This document shows, one piece after another, positions 9,464-19,080 of a stretch of 64,000 nt of DNA. Source of the stretch: Rhodospirillales bacterium RIFCSPLOWO2_02_FULL_58_16 (GTDB lineage: Bacteria > Pseudomonadota > Alphaproteobacteria > Rhodospirillales > 2-02-FULL-58-16). Position 1 is the stretch's first letter. Every line of letters starts with the position of its first letter. The translations under genes and the position numbers were made by a program. Where the stretch lies: the NCBI GenBank assembly GCA_001830425.1, contig MIAA01000026.1:16675-80674 (forward strand). Reading direction: 5' to 3'. A model generated the notes under the pieces. That model saw only the letters and a list, made by a program, of their open reading frames with translations, searched no databases and was not told the DNA's origin.

Positions 9464-10837
9464 ATGACGCCTAATCCGGAAGCTCAAAAGCGACTGCCCA
9501 GTCAGGAAAACCTGTTGCTGGACTATGTCCACCGTCTTGAAACCCACAGAGACGGGCGCAGAGCCGTCCACCTCAAGCTTTCCGCGCTTAAGGCATTTAA
9601 TCGCCGCGATCAGCATATCCGCGCCGCCGCCAACAGTTTTGAGCCTCTGATCAAGGCGCTGCACGGACAACTCTTTACGCTCAAGAACGGCGATCTTTTC
9701 TTTGTCTTCAAGCATGGAGCGCAGGCGCAAACCGAAACCATCGTTCAGCAAGTGCGTTATATGTTCAGCGATGACCCTTTATTCGAAGATGAGAAAAACG
9801 TTAAATCCGGTAAATTTTCCGTCTGGTACGACGCTGAAACCGAGTTCGATAAAATACTTCATGCGGTTCAGCTTTTGGTGGAAACCGAACACCGACGCCA
9901 GTCGGAATCGCGTGACATGCGCCAGAATACGCGCTCATCGCTTAAGGCCAGGCAAGAGATGGGCGATCCTCTTACCCCCGAAATATTGGGTCGGGTCGAG
10001 GCGGCGCTGATTCGCGCCGATCTTTCCAATCTTGTTCGCCGGCAGTTCGTGTGCAGGGTCGACAGGAAGATGGTGCCTGAACAACAATTCAGCGAACTGT
10101 TCATTTCCATAAAAGATCTGCGTGAAACGTTGCTTCCCGGCGTCAATTTGATGGCCAATTCCTGGTTATTTCAGCACCTGACCGAGACTCTGGACAAACG
10201 CATGTTGGCTATGCTTTCCAAGACTGACGCTTTGACAATTTCCGGAGACATCAGTTTCAATATGAATATTTCAACCATGTTGTCGCCCGAATTTCTCGCC
10301 TTTGACGATAACATCACTGCGTCACGTCGCGGCGCCATGATTATTGAACTGCAAAATCAGGATATTTTCGCCGATATCGGCGCTTATCTGTTCGCCCGCG
10401 AATTTGTCCAGGAGAAAGGTTATCGCGTCTGTCTGGACGGACTAACCTACCAGACCCTTGATATGATCGACAGGGAACACCTGGGGGTTGATCTGGTCAA
10501 GCTCATATGGAAACCGGATATAGCCGACAAAGGCGACGACATGCGTAACAAGTTGGTCGCCACCATAAGGAAGGTCGGGGCGGATCGAGTAATTTTGTGC
10601 CGGGTTGATAACCGCGAAGCCGTGGACTTCGGCCATGTTGTGGGGATCAAATTATTTCAGGGACGATATATCGAAAATCTTATCGCCGAGGATAATCGCC
10701 GCCGCGAATTGCTGCGCCTGAAGCGGCGCATGGAGCGGAGCGAAATGGCGGAAGAAGAAGAGGTGGAAGAAAAGAAGGATAAAAAATCGGGGGCTATCTT
10801 GAAAGTAATTCCCAGAATTAATCCTTTCGGGCGCTGA
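9464..10837 (+). CDS. hypothetical protein with degenerate EAL-like C-terminal domain (tandem paralog of 8198-9454)
   Basis: It shares blocks with its neighbour: WLFQHLTETLDKRML, GYRVCLDGL, VDLVKLIW, ILCRVDNREAV and FQGRYIE. It adds a charged C-terminal tail. Confidence 0.6.
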   Translation: MTPNPEAQKRLPSQENLLLDYVHRLETHRDGRRAVHLKLSALKAFNRRDQHIRAAANSFEPLIKALHGQLFTLKNGDLFFVFKHGAQAQTETIVQQVRYMFSDDPLFEDEKNVKSGKFSVWYDAETEFDKILHAVQLLVETEHRRQSESRDMRQNTRSSLKARQEMGDPLTPEILGRVEAALIRADLSNLVRRQFVCRVDRKMVPEQQFSELFISIKDLRETLLPGVNLMANSWLFQHLTETLDKRMLAMLSKTDALTISGDISFNMNISTMLSPEFLAFDDNITASRRGAMIIELQNQDIFADIGAYLFAREFVQEKGYRVCLDGLTYQTLDMIDREHLGVDLVKLIWKPDIADKGDDMRNKLVATIRKVGADRVILCRVDNREAVDFGHVVGIKLFQGRYIENLIAEDNRRRELLRLKRRMERSEMAEEEEVEEKKDKKSGAILKVIPRINPFGR

Positions 10838-11843
10838 CCCCGGCCTCGCTGAAGGTTGCCATGCCGCCATGGCAGGCGGCGGCGGCCTTAAGCAGCTCCA
10901 CCGCCAGCACCGCGCCGGAAGCTTCCCCCAACCGCATATCCAGATTCAATAAAGCCGTCTTGTCGAGGCGCTTGAGAAGGCGGTGGTGACCCGGCTCGGC
11001 TGAGACGTGGCCTACCTGGCAGTGGTCCAGCGCGCCTTGCTTCTGAGCCTCAAGGACAGCAGCCGCCGCCGTGCAGACATAACCGTCGAGCAATACGGGA
11101 ACGCGCTTGAGTCTGGCGGCAAGCACGGCGCCGACAATCGCCGCCAATTCCCTCCCGCCGAGACGACGCAGGATGTCTATGGCGTCGGTGGCGGCGTCAA
11201 GATGCAGGGCAACCGCCATGTCGATGATCGCGGCTTTTTTGGCCAACGCCTCGCCTTCAATGCCGGTGCCGGGGCCGGTCCAATCGAGCGCCGCAGCGCC
11301 GTGGAGGGCATGGCATAACGCGGCGGCGGAAGTAGTGTTGCCGATTCCCATTTCGCCCAGACAAAGCACGTCCATGTCCTTGTTGACCACGCTGAAACCC
11401 AAGGCGACGGCCTCTGCGCACTCGGCTTCGCTCATCGCCGGGGCTTGCGTAAAGTCATGCGTCGGTCGCTCCAGCGTTATTGCCTCGACGCGCAAGCCGA
11501 CGCCGAAAGCCGTGCAAAGCTGATTCACCGCCGCGCCGCCGGCCTCGAAGTTGGCCACCATCTGCGCCGTCACTTCCGGCGGAAACGCCGATACCCCGCG
11601 CCGGGCGACGCCGTGGTTGCCGGCGAAGACGCAAGCGAAAGGATACTGTATGCGCGGCGGGTGACGGCCTTGCCATGCCGACAGCCACTCGCTCAATCGC
11701 TCAAGCCGCCCCAGCGATCCTTGAGGCTTGGTCAGACGCGGTTCACGCTCCCTGGCATGGGATATCGCCGCCTCATCGGGGCTGGGGATATCCTTCAGCA
11801 GACGGCGGACATCATCAAGGGTTTTAGGGGTCAATTCCGGCAA
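10818..11843 (-). CDS. cobT: nicotinate-nucleotide--dimethylbenzimidazole phosphoribosyltransferase
   Basis: The GEMGIGNTTSAAAL motif is present, the length is 341 aa, and the gene is adjacent to cobalamin synthase. Confidence 0.9.
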   Translation of the reverse strand: MPELTPKTLDDVRRLLKDIPSPDEAAISHAREREPRLTKPQGSLGRLERLSEWLSAWQGRHPPRIQYPFACVFAGNHGVARRGVSAFPPEVTAQMVANFEAGGAAVNQLCTAFGVGLRVEAITLERPTHDFTQAPAMSEAECAEAVALGFSVVNKDMDVLCLGEMGIGNTTSAAALCHALHGAAALDWTGPGTGIEGEALAKKAAIIDMAVALHLDAATDAIDILRRLGGRELAAIVGAVLAARLKRVPVLLDGYVCTAAAAVLEAQKQGALDHCQVGHVSAEPGHHRLLKRLDKTALLNLDMRLGEASGAVLAVELLKAAAACHGGMATFSEAGVSARKD

Positions 11844-11931
11844 TAGGCTGTTCCTTTCAAGCCATGGATTTCATTTAAGCTCTTTATCGCCTATAAACTT
11901 GATCGATATCAAACATCAATAAGGCCGGGAT

Positions 11932-12717
11932 ATGCCTTTCAGCGAATCGATAATGATAACGCTCTCGGAGATATGGCTCGACCTTCGGGTTGCCGCCGCT
12001 TTTTTGACGCGCATTCCTGTTAACCTCTCCGCCGTGGAAGCGCAACGGCCCCCGGCCGAGGCGGCGCGAACTTTCCCGCTCGTCGGCGCGGCTGTCGGGG
12101 CGGCGGCGGGCCTGATGTTGTTTTTGGCTTCAAAATCGGGACTGCCCCCGCCAGCCTGCGCTCTGATTGCGTTGGCGGCGGGAGTATTGCTGACCGGAGC
12201 CTTGCATGAAGACGGTCTGGCCGATGTCGCCGACGGCTTCGGCGGCGGCAAGACCCGCGCCGATAAATTAAAGATCATGCGCGACAGCCGCATCGGCGTC
12301 TACGGCATGTTGGCGATTGTGTTCAGCATCGGCCTGCGCGCCTCGGCTCTTTCCGGAATATCGGCGCCGGGGACGGCGGCTTTGGCCCTTATCGCCGCCG
12401 GAGCCGTTTCACGCGCCGTCCTGCCGGTTATGATGGTAATAATGGAATCGGCGCGCAAGGACGGCCTCGGCGTCGGCGTCGGGAAACCCGGAAGCGAGGG
12501 CGTAACCTCCGCCGTTCTGCTCGGCATGGCGCTGGTCTTCGTCTTTCCGCTCGCCGAGGCGTCGGTTTTGGCCTTGGCGATGGCGGTCGTCGTTACGGCG
12601 GCTATGGTGTGGCTGGCCGAAGTTCAGATCGGCGGCTATACCGGCGACGTCCTCGGCGCCGTGCAGCAAGCCGTCGAGATTGTGGTCTTGCTGGTCCTGG
12701 CGGCGGCGGCGGGATGA
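11932..12717 (+). CDS. cobS: adenosylcobinamide-GDP ribazoletransferase (cobalamin synthase)
   Basis: Polytopic membrane protein with HEDGLADVADGFGGG and GGYTGDVLGA motifs. Confidence 0.9.
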   Translation: MPFSESIMITLSEIWLDLRVAAAFLTRIPVNLSAVEAQRPPAEAARTFPLVGAAVGAAAGLMLFLASKSGLPPPACALIALAAGVLLTGALHEDGLADVADGFGGGKTRADKLKIMRDSRIGVYGMLAIVFSIGLRASALSGISAPGTAALALIAAGAVSRAVLPVMMVIMESARKDGLGVGVGKPGSEGVTSAVLLGMALVFVFPLAEASVLALAMAVVVTAAMVWLAEVQIGGYTGDVLGAVQQAVEIVVLLVLAAAAG

Positions 12718-13370
12718 AAGATTCGGCAGTAACCAGATGGTGGTGGGTGCGCCATGCGCCGGTGATCTACAAAGAAGGCGTCATCTACGGCCAACTGGAC
12801 GTTCCTTGCGACACCTCTGATACTGATAGTTTTCGGGCGCTGGCAAGAACACTGCCGAAGGATGCGGTGTGGGTGACCAGCCATCTGTCACGCACCAAGG
12901 AAACTGCGGCCGCCATCGCCGCGCAAGGCCTGAAAACGTCGAAACCTATCGTCGAGCCGGACTTTGCGGAACAAAATATGGGGGACTGGCAATTAAAAAC
13001 CTGGGATGAGCTTAATGTCGAAACGGATCAATTATATCGCGCTTTCTGGCATGATCCGGCACATAACGCCCCACCGGGAGGCGAGAGCTTCGTCGATGTA
13101 ATTAACCGCGTTTCCGCAGTTATCCGACGCTTCAATGCGGATTACGCCGGGGCCGACATCGTTGCCGTGGCTCATGGCGGAACTATCCGCGCCGCCGTCG
13201 CCATGGCTCTTGATCTGACCCCCGAACGCGCTCTTGCCGTCACGACAAGCAATTTGGCGCTGACCAGACTTGATTTTACGGCAGATGAAGGCGAACATGT
13301 TTCTTACGGCATCCGCGTCGGCAAGAATGGCGCTTGGCGAGTCGTCGGAATCAACATGCCGTCTGCCTAA
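12714..13370 (+). CDS. cobC: histidine phosphatase family protein, probable alpha-ribazole phosphatase
   Basis: It has the RHAP catalytic motif (WWWVRHAPV) and a later AHGGTIRA motif. ATG 12714 overlaps the cobS stop (ATGA). The longer ORF from 12609 is an out-of-gene extension. Confidence 0.75.
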   Translation: MKDSAVTRWWWVRHAPVIYKEGVIYGQLDVPCDTSDTDSFRALARTLPKDAVWVTSHLSRTKETAAAIAAQGLKTSKPIVEPDFAEQNMGDWQLKTWDELNVETDQLYRAFWHDPAHNAPPGGESFVDVINRVSAVIRRFNADYAGADIVAVAHGGTIRAAVAMALDLTPERALAVTTSNLALTRLDFTADEGEHVSYGIRVGKNGAWRVVGINMPSA

Positions 13371-13412
13371 GAGGAGTTTATCCTGGTTTCTCTCATCCGC
13401 TATCCGCTGCCG

Positions 13413-13925
13413 TTGATTACCCTGGTGCTGGGCGGCGCCCGTTCCGGCAAAAGCGCCTATGCCGAACGGCTGGTCAATACCGACGAGGCCGGTCTTTACC
13501 TTGCCACCGCCGAGATCAGAGACGACGAAATGGCCGAGCGCGTGCGTCTTCACCGGGGACGGCGCGATCGAACATGGACGACGGTTGAAGAGCCGTTGAA
13601 TTTGGCTCAGGCATTGAAAGAGCATTCCTCGCCCCGGCGGCCTGTACTTGTCGAATGCCTGACGATCTGGCTGAGTAATCTTATGGAGGCGCAACGCAAC
13701 ATAGGCAGTGAGACCGGCGTTCTGGTTGAAACCCTTAGTCTCTTGCAGGGGCCGGTGGTATTTGTTTCCAACGAGGTGGGCCAAGGAATTATTCCCGACA
13801 ACAGGTTGGCCCGTGATTTTGTTGACGCCTCAGGGCGGCTTAATCAATCGATAGCCATGATCGCCGATAGGGTCATTTTTATCAACGCCGGCCTGCCGAC
13901 GGTGCTTAAGGAAGTTAGGGCCTGA
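13413..13925 (+). CDS. cobU: adenosylcobinamide kinase / adenosylcobinamide-phosphate guanylyltransferase
   Basis: The P-loop GGARSGKS is at the N-terminus, the length is 170 aa, the start is TTG, and the context is cobalamin genes. Confidence 0.9.
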   Translation: MITLVLGGARSGKSAYAERLVNTDEAGLYLATAEIRDDEMAERVRLHRGRRDRTWTTVEEPLNLAQALKEHSSPRRPVLVECLTIWLSNLMEAQRNIGSETGVLVETLSLLQGPVVFVSNEVGQGIIPDNRLARDFVDASGRLNQSIAMIADRVIFINAGLPTVLKEVRA

Positions 13926-13928
13926 TTT

Positions 13929-14951
13929 ATGAAAATTCCCGCTACGGTGATCACCGGCTTTCTCGGCGCCGGCAAGACGTCCATGGTTCGTCATCTGCTG
14001 GAAAACGCCGACGGCAGGCGCATCGCATTGATAATCAACGAATTCGGCAATCTCGGCATTGATCGCGAGTTGCTTATGGGATGTCCGGTTAATGGTTGCG
14101 AAGATGACAACGTGGTGGAACTGGCCAACGGCTGCATCTGCTGCGCGGTAGCCGACGAATTTCTGCCGACCATGGAAATGCTGCTGGAGCGTCCTGTCCC
14201 TCCTGATCACATCGTCATCGAGACATCCGGGCTGGCCCTGCCCAAGCCGTTGGTCAAAGCCTTTAACTGGCCGGAGATTCGCTCCCGCGTCACCGTTGAC
14301 GGCGTCATCGCCGTCATCGACGCCCCCGCCGTCGCTTCGGGACGGTTTGCCGACGATCCCGACGCCGTTCGGGCCGAACGCCCCGCCGACGAAAACATCG
14401 ATCATGAATCGCCCCTGGAAGAGGTATTTGAAGATCAAATTCTCTGCGCCGATCTGGTGGCGCTCAACAAGACAGATGTCCTCAGCAAAACGGAAATCGC
14501 CTTCGTGCGCGCCGAAATCGCCAGGATATCCGCCGTCAGGATCGTAGAGAGCGTACATGGCGCCGTGGATGTTCGCGTCATTCTCGGAATAGGCGCCGCC
14601 GCCGAGGATGACCTTGATTCCAGGAAATCGCATCACGACGGCGACGAGGGCCATGATCATGACGACTTTGACAGTTTTATCGTTGATCTTGAGTCAATCA
14701 ATGATCCGCAAGCTCTTGAGGCGCGTATAAGAACGGCGACCGAGGCCCATGATATCCTTCGCGTCAAGGGGTTCATCCATGTGCCGGGCAAGGAAATGCG
14801 TCATGTGGTGCAGGGCGTCGGTTGCCGGATTAATCGTTACTATGATCGCCCCTGGCGCCCGGACGAAGAGCGTCGCAGTCGGCTGGTGGTGATCGGTCAA
14901 AAGGGACTTGACCAAGCCGCCATTCAGGCAACGCTTTGGACTCTAAGTTAA
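13929..14951 (+). CDS. cobW: CobW/G3E-family metallochaperone GTPase
   Basis: It has the GFLGAGKTS P-loop, the CICC metal motif and the His-rich linker HHDGDEGHDHDDFD. It lies directly upstream of cobN. Confidence 0.9.
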   Translation: MKIPATVITGFLGAGKTSMVRHLLENADGRRIALIINEFGNLGIDRELLMGCPVNGCEDDNVVELANGCICCAVADEFLPTMEMLLERPVPPDHIVIETSGLALPKPLVKAFNWPEIRSRVTVDGVIAVIDAPAVASGRFADDPDAVRAERPADENIDHESPLEEVFEDQILCADLVALNKTDVLSKTEIAFVRAEIARISAVRIVESVHGAVDVRVILGIGAAAEDDLDSRKSHHDGDEGHDHDDFDSFIVDLESINDPQALEARIRTATEAHDILRVKGFIHVPGKEMRHVVQGVGCRINRYYDRPWRPDEERRSRLVVIGQKGLDQAAIQATLWTLS

Positions 14952-14964
14952 GGAATAGACGGGC

Positions 14965-17900
14965 ATGCACCTGCTCGCCGCCCAACCCGGCGGGGTATCC
15001 GACGGTTCGCAAGCCGTCGATCTAAGGCAGAGTCCCGGCGACATCGTCGTGCTTTCCGCCGCCGATACGGAGCTGTCATGTCTGGCCGCCGCTTACGGCG
15101 GGTTGAGCGGCAAGGAATTCCCCTCCCTCAGGCTGACCGGTCTGCTGCACCTCGCCCACAATATGTCCGTAGACCTTTATGTAGAGACCGTCATCGCCGC
15201 CGCCCGGCTGGTGGTGGTGCGGCTGTTGGGCGGACGCGGCTATTGGCCCTACGGCCTTGAACAGGTGGCGGCCCAATGCCGGAGACGCTCGATTCCGGCG
15301 GCTTTCCTGCCCGGCGACGATCAGCCGGACGCCGAGCTTTCCGCATTTTCAACGCTGCCCGGCGAGGCCGTTCATCGCCTTTGGCAGTACTGCGTTCACG
15401 GAGGCATCGACAACGCCGGGAACTTTCTCCGTTTCTCCGCCGATCTTATCGGCCATAAATCCGAGTGGGATGAACCGAGACCTCTGCTGCGCGCCGGACT
15501 CTATTGGCCGGACAATGCTCTAACCACCATAAACGCAAATTGGAAAAAGGGACAGGCCGTAGCGGCTGTAGTGTTCTACCGGGCGCTGGTTCAGGCGGGA
15601 AACCTGAAAGCGGTGGACGCGCTTATCAAGGGGTTGGCGGGAGCAGGGGTGAATCCGCTGCCGATATTTGTTTCCAGTCTGCGCGATCCGGTGGCGGCGG
15701 CAACGCTCGAAGAAATTCTGGAGAGAGCCGGTTGTGACGTTGTATTGAACGCTACAGGCTTTGCCGTATCTTCTCCCGGCGGCCGGCGCTCAACGCCTTT
15801 TGATGCTGTCTCAAGCCCGGTGCTTCAGGTGATTTTCGCCGGGAGCAACAAGGAGGACTGGAGCAAAGGCGACCACGGCCTTTCGACCCGCGACATAGCC
15901 ATGAATGTCGCCTTGCCCGAAGTTGACGGCCGGATTATCAGCCGCGCCGTTTCCTTCAAGGGACTGAAGCGACGCGATCTTAATTGCGAGATCGATATTA
16001 TCGACTACGAGCCGGTTGCCGACCGCATTGAATTCGTCTCGGCGCTTGCCGCCAATTGGGCGCGCCTGAGGCGTACGGCAATCTCTGAGCGCCGCGTTGC
16101 CCTGGTGCTTGCCAACTATCCCAACCGTGACGGGCGGATGGGGAACGGCGTCGGCCTGGACACCCCGGCGGCAACGGTAGTCGTGCTGAAAGCGATGATC
16201 GGAGCCGGCTACGATGTAAGGGATGTTCCTGACAATGGCGGCGAGCTTATCGCACGGTTAAGCGCCGGTCCCACCAACAATACGCATGTCCTCGCCGGGC
16301 GAGAAATTACCGAGACCCTGCCGTTGGAAGGCTATCTCGTCTTTTTTGATGCCCTTCCCGCCGCCGTGCGACGTCTGGTCGGAGAGCGTTGGGGCAGTCC
16401 GAAGGATGATCCGTTTTTTGTGGATGGAGCCTTCGCCGTTCCCGCGTTTCGTTGCGGCAACGCCGCCGTTTGTCTGCAACCGGCGCGCGGCTATAACATT
16501 GATCCGGCGTCCGGCTACCACGATCCCGATCTTCCGCCGCCTCACGGATACCTCGCCTTTTATGCGTGGCTGAGGTTTCGTTTCGCGGCGAATGCCGTTG
16601 TTCATATGGGTAAGCACGGCAACCTGGAATGGCTTCCCGGCAAGGGTCTGGCCCTGTCCGCCGATTGCTTTCCCGAGGCGGCGCTGGGGCCGATGCCTAA
16701 TATCTATCCGTTCATCGTCAACGATCCCGGCGAGGGAACCCAGGCCAAGCGGCGCTCACAGGCGGTCATTATCGACCATTTGACGCCGCCGCTGACCAGG
16801 GCCGAGAGCTATGGCCCCTTGAGGAATCTTGAGCAGCTTGTCGATGAGTATTATGAGGCCGCCGGACTGGACCCGCGCCGGCTCAAGGTTTTGCGTAGTC
16901 AAATCCTTGATCTTTGCCGCGTTACCGGCCTCGGCGACGACTGCGGCATGGACGACGGCGATGACGATGACGCGGCATTGAAAAAACTCGATAGCTATTT
17001 ATGCGAGTTGAAGGAAATGCAAATCCGCGACGGCCTGCATATTTTCGGCGAGACGCCGGTCGGACAACAGCTCACCGATCTGCTGGTTGCGCTGGTGCGC
17101 ACCCCACGCGGGTCCGGCGCCGGCGACGCCTCCTTGCCGAGGGCTTTGGCCGGCGATCTCGGCCTTGACTTCGATCCTTTGGACTGCGATATGAGCGCCC
17201 CCTGGAAGGGACCGAAACCGAAAATGCTGAACGGCGACGATCCCTGGCGAACATGCGGAGATACGGTGGAGCGGCTGGAAAAACTGGCCGGCGATCTGGT
17301 TTCCGGAACGCGGTCGCCGGGGGAAAAATGGGCCGCGACCAGGTCCGTGCTTGAGCAACTGGACAAGACCATCCGTCCGGCGGTGGAGGCCTCGGGCCAC
17401 GCCGAGATCAAAGGCCTTCTGAACGCTCTCGATGGAAAGTTCGTCGAGCCGGGACCGTCAGGAGCGCCGACTCGCGGAAGGCCGGACGTGTTGCCGACGG
17501 GACGCAATTTCTACTCGATTGATCCCCGCACGGCGCCGACTCCCGCCGCCTGGATGCTCGGCTGGAAATCAGCGGCTCTTCTGGTGGAGCGTCACATGCA
17601 GGAACACGGCGTTTGGCCCAAAACCATGGCGCTCACCGCTTGGGGAACCAGCAACATGCGCACCGGCGGCGATGATATCGCGCAAGCCTTGGCGCTGATG
17701 GGGGTGCGTCCCATCTGGGATTCGTCCTCGCGGCGGGTTTCCGGGTTTGAAATTATGCCCGCCAGACTGCTTGATCGCCCGCGTGTGGATGTTACGCTCA
17801 GGATATCCGGCTTCTTCCGTGACGCTTTTCCCGGCCTGATCGACCTGTTTGATTCCGCCGTACGCGCCGTCGCCGCCCTTGACGAGTCGGCTCAAACAAA

Positions 17901-18678
17901 TCCTCTGGCGGACGGCGTAAAGCGTCAAGCCGGTGAATTGCGGGCTTCCGGCCTGTCCAAAGAGGAAGCGGAGCGCCGCGCCGCTTTTCGCGTTTTCGGC
18001 TCCAAGCCGGGAGCCTACGGCGCCGGGTTACAGGCTTTGATCGATGAGAAAGGCTGGACAAACGAAGGTGATCTTGCTCGCGCTTACATCGCCTGGGGAG
18101 GCTATGTTTACGGCGCCGCCGCCCATGGCGAGGCCGCTCACGGCCTGTTCGAGGAACGCCTCAGGAATACCGAAGCGGTGGTGCAAAACCAGGACAACCG
18201 CGAACATGATCTGCTCGATTCGGACGACTACTATCAATTTGAAGGAGGCATTGCCTCCGCCGTGCGCCATCTGTCGGGAAATCAGCCCGTTGTCTATCAT
18301 AATGACCATTCCCGCCCGGAAACGCCTAGGATACGCACCTTGGAAGAAGAAGTCGCCCGCGTGGTCCGCGCCCGCGTGGTTAATCCGAAGTGGATCGAGG
18401 GAGTAATGCGTCACGGCTACAAGGGAGCCTTTGAAATGGCGGCGACCGTAGACTACCTGTTTGCCTTTGCCGCCACCGCGCTCTGTGTCAAAGATCATCA
18501 CTTTGACGCCGTCTTTGAGGCTTACCTCAAGGACGATAAAGTTCGTGAGTTCATGGACAACAATAACCCGGCGGCGTTAAAGGAAATAAGCGAACGCCTG
18601 ATCGAGGCGCAGGAAAGAGGCCTGTGGCGGCCCCGGCTGAACAGTACGCGCATGTTGCTGAACGAACTGGTGAAATAA
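14965..18678 (+). CDS. cobN: cobaltochelatase large subunit
   Basis: 1237-aa CobN/Mg-chelatase H family protein in a cobalamin cluster. Confidence 0.9.
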   Translation: MHLLAAQPGGVSDGSQAVDLRQSPGDIVVLSAADTELSCLAAAYGGLSGKEFPSLRLTGLLHLAHNMSVDLYVETVIAAARLVVVRLLGGRGYWPYGLEQVAAQCRRRSIPAAFLPGDDQPDAELSAFSTLPGEAVHRLWQYCVHGGIDNAGNFLRFSADLIGHKSEWDEPRPLLRAGLYWPDNALTTINANWKKGQAVAAVVFYRALVQAGNLKAVDALIKGLAGAGVNPLPIFVSSLRDPVAAATLEEILERAGCDVVLNATGFAVSSPGGRRSTPFDAVSSPVLQVIFAGSNKEDWSKGDHGLSTRDIAMNVALPEVDGRIISRAVSFKGLKRRDLNCEIDIIDYEPVADRIEFVSALAANWARLRRTAISERRVALVLANYPNRDGRMGNGVGLDTPAATVVVLKAMIGAGYDVRDVPDNGGELIARLSAGPTNNTHVLAGREITETLPLEGYLVFFDALPAAVRRLVGERWGSPKDDPFFVDGAFAVPAFRCGNAAVCLQPARGYNIDPASGYHDPDLPPPHGYLAFYAWLRFRFAANAVVHMGKHGNLEWLPGKGLALSADCFPEAALGPMPNIYPFIVNDPGEGTQAKRRSQAVIIDHLTPPLTRAESYGPLRNLEQLVDEYYEAAGLDPRRLKVLRSQILDLCRVTGLGDDCGMDDGDDDDAALKKLDSYLCELKEMQIRDGLHIFGETPVGQQLTDLLVALVRTPRGSGAGDASLPRALAGDLGLDFDPLDCDMSAPWKGPKPKMLNGDDPWRTCGDTVERLEKLAGDLVSGTRSPGEKWAATRSVLEQLDKTIRPAVEASGHAEIKGLLNALDGKFVEPGPSGAPTRGRPDVLPTGRNFYSIDPRTAPTPAAWMLGWKSAALLVERHMQEHGVWPKTMALTAWGTSNMRTGGDDIAQALALMGVRPIWDSSSRRVSGFEIMPARLLDRPRVDVTLRISGFFRDAFPGLIDLFDSAVRAVAALDESAQTNPLADGVKRQAGELRASGLSKEEAERRAAFRVFGSKPGAYGAGLQALIDEKGWTNEGDLARAYIAWGGYVYGAAAHGEAAHGLFEERLRNTEAVVQNQDNREHDLLDSDDYYQFEGGIASAVRHLSGNQPVVYHNDHSRPETPRIRTLEEEVARVVRARVVNPKWIEGVMRHGYKGAFEMAATVDYLFAFAATALCVKDHHFDAVFEAYLKDDKVREFMDNNNPAALKEISERLIEAQERGLWRPRLNSTRMLLNELVK

Positions 18679-18694
18679 AATTGGAGAGAGATAC

Positions 18695-19060
18695 ATGAGC
18701 GGGGAATTTGAAAAACCGGAAGAAGCGCCGGTGCGCATGGACCCGCCTCTGGTCCACAAAAAGTTGCAGGTAGTAGCCGTGGCGGCCTTGCTGGCGGCGC
18801 CCTTCATTTATGACAGCGGCGTCAAACAACTCGGCTGGACGCCGTTCATGGCGGTCGGACTGGCTATTAACGCCGGTTTTGTCTTCGCCGTCTTGTTGCA
18901 CAGCTTCCCGTTAGTGATCGTCGGCATCAGCATGTTCCTGCTGTTGATGGCGAGTTTTGTCGGGGATATCGGTTACTGGCTTTCCGTGATTGCGGTAGTT
19001 GTCTATTTTCTGACGGCTTTCAGGCCGATGAAGAAGGCGGAGCCTGGAGTTCGGCGGTAA
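18695..19060 (+). CDS. small integral membrane protein, unknown function
   Basis: 121 aa with three or four hydrophobic helices. GGAGAGAG lies upstream of the ATG, and the gene is tightly spaced after cobN. Confidence 0.5.
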   Translation: MSGEFEKPEEAPVRMDPPLVHKKLQVVAVAALLAAPFIYDSGVKQLGWTPFMAVGLAINAGFVFAVLLHSFPLVIVGISMFLLLMASFVGDIGYWLSVIAVVVYFLTAFRPMKKAEPGVRR

Positions 19061-19080
19061 TTTTCTATACCCTGGAAGGC

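Noticed and set aside
11844-11931. Possible cobalamin riboswitch between the divergent cobT and cobS genes
   Set aside because: The gap is only 88 bp, and I could not recognise a B12-box-like core (the conserved GCCACTG region). It is too short for the aptamer plus expression platform.
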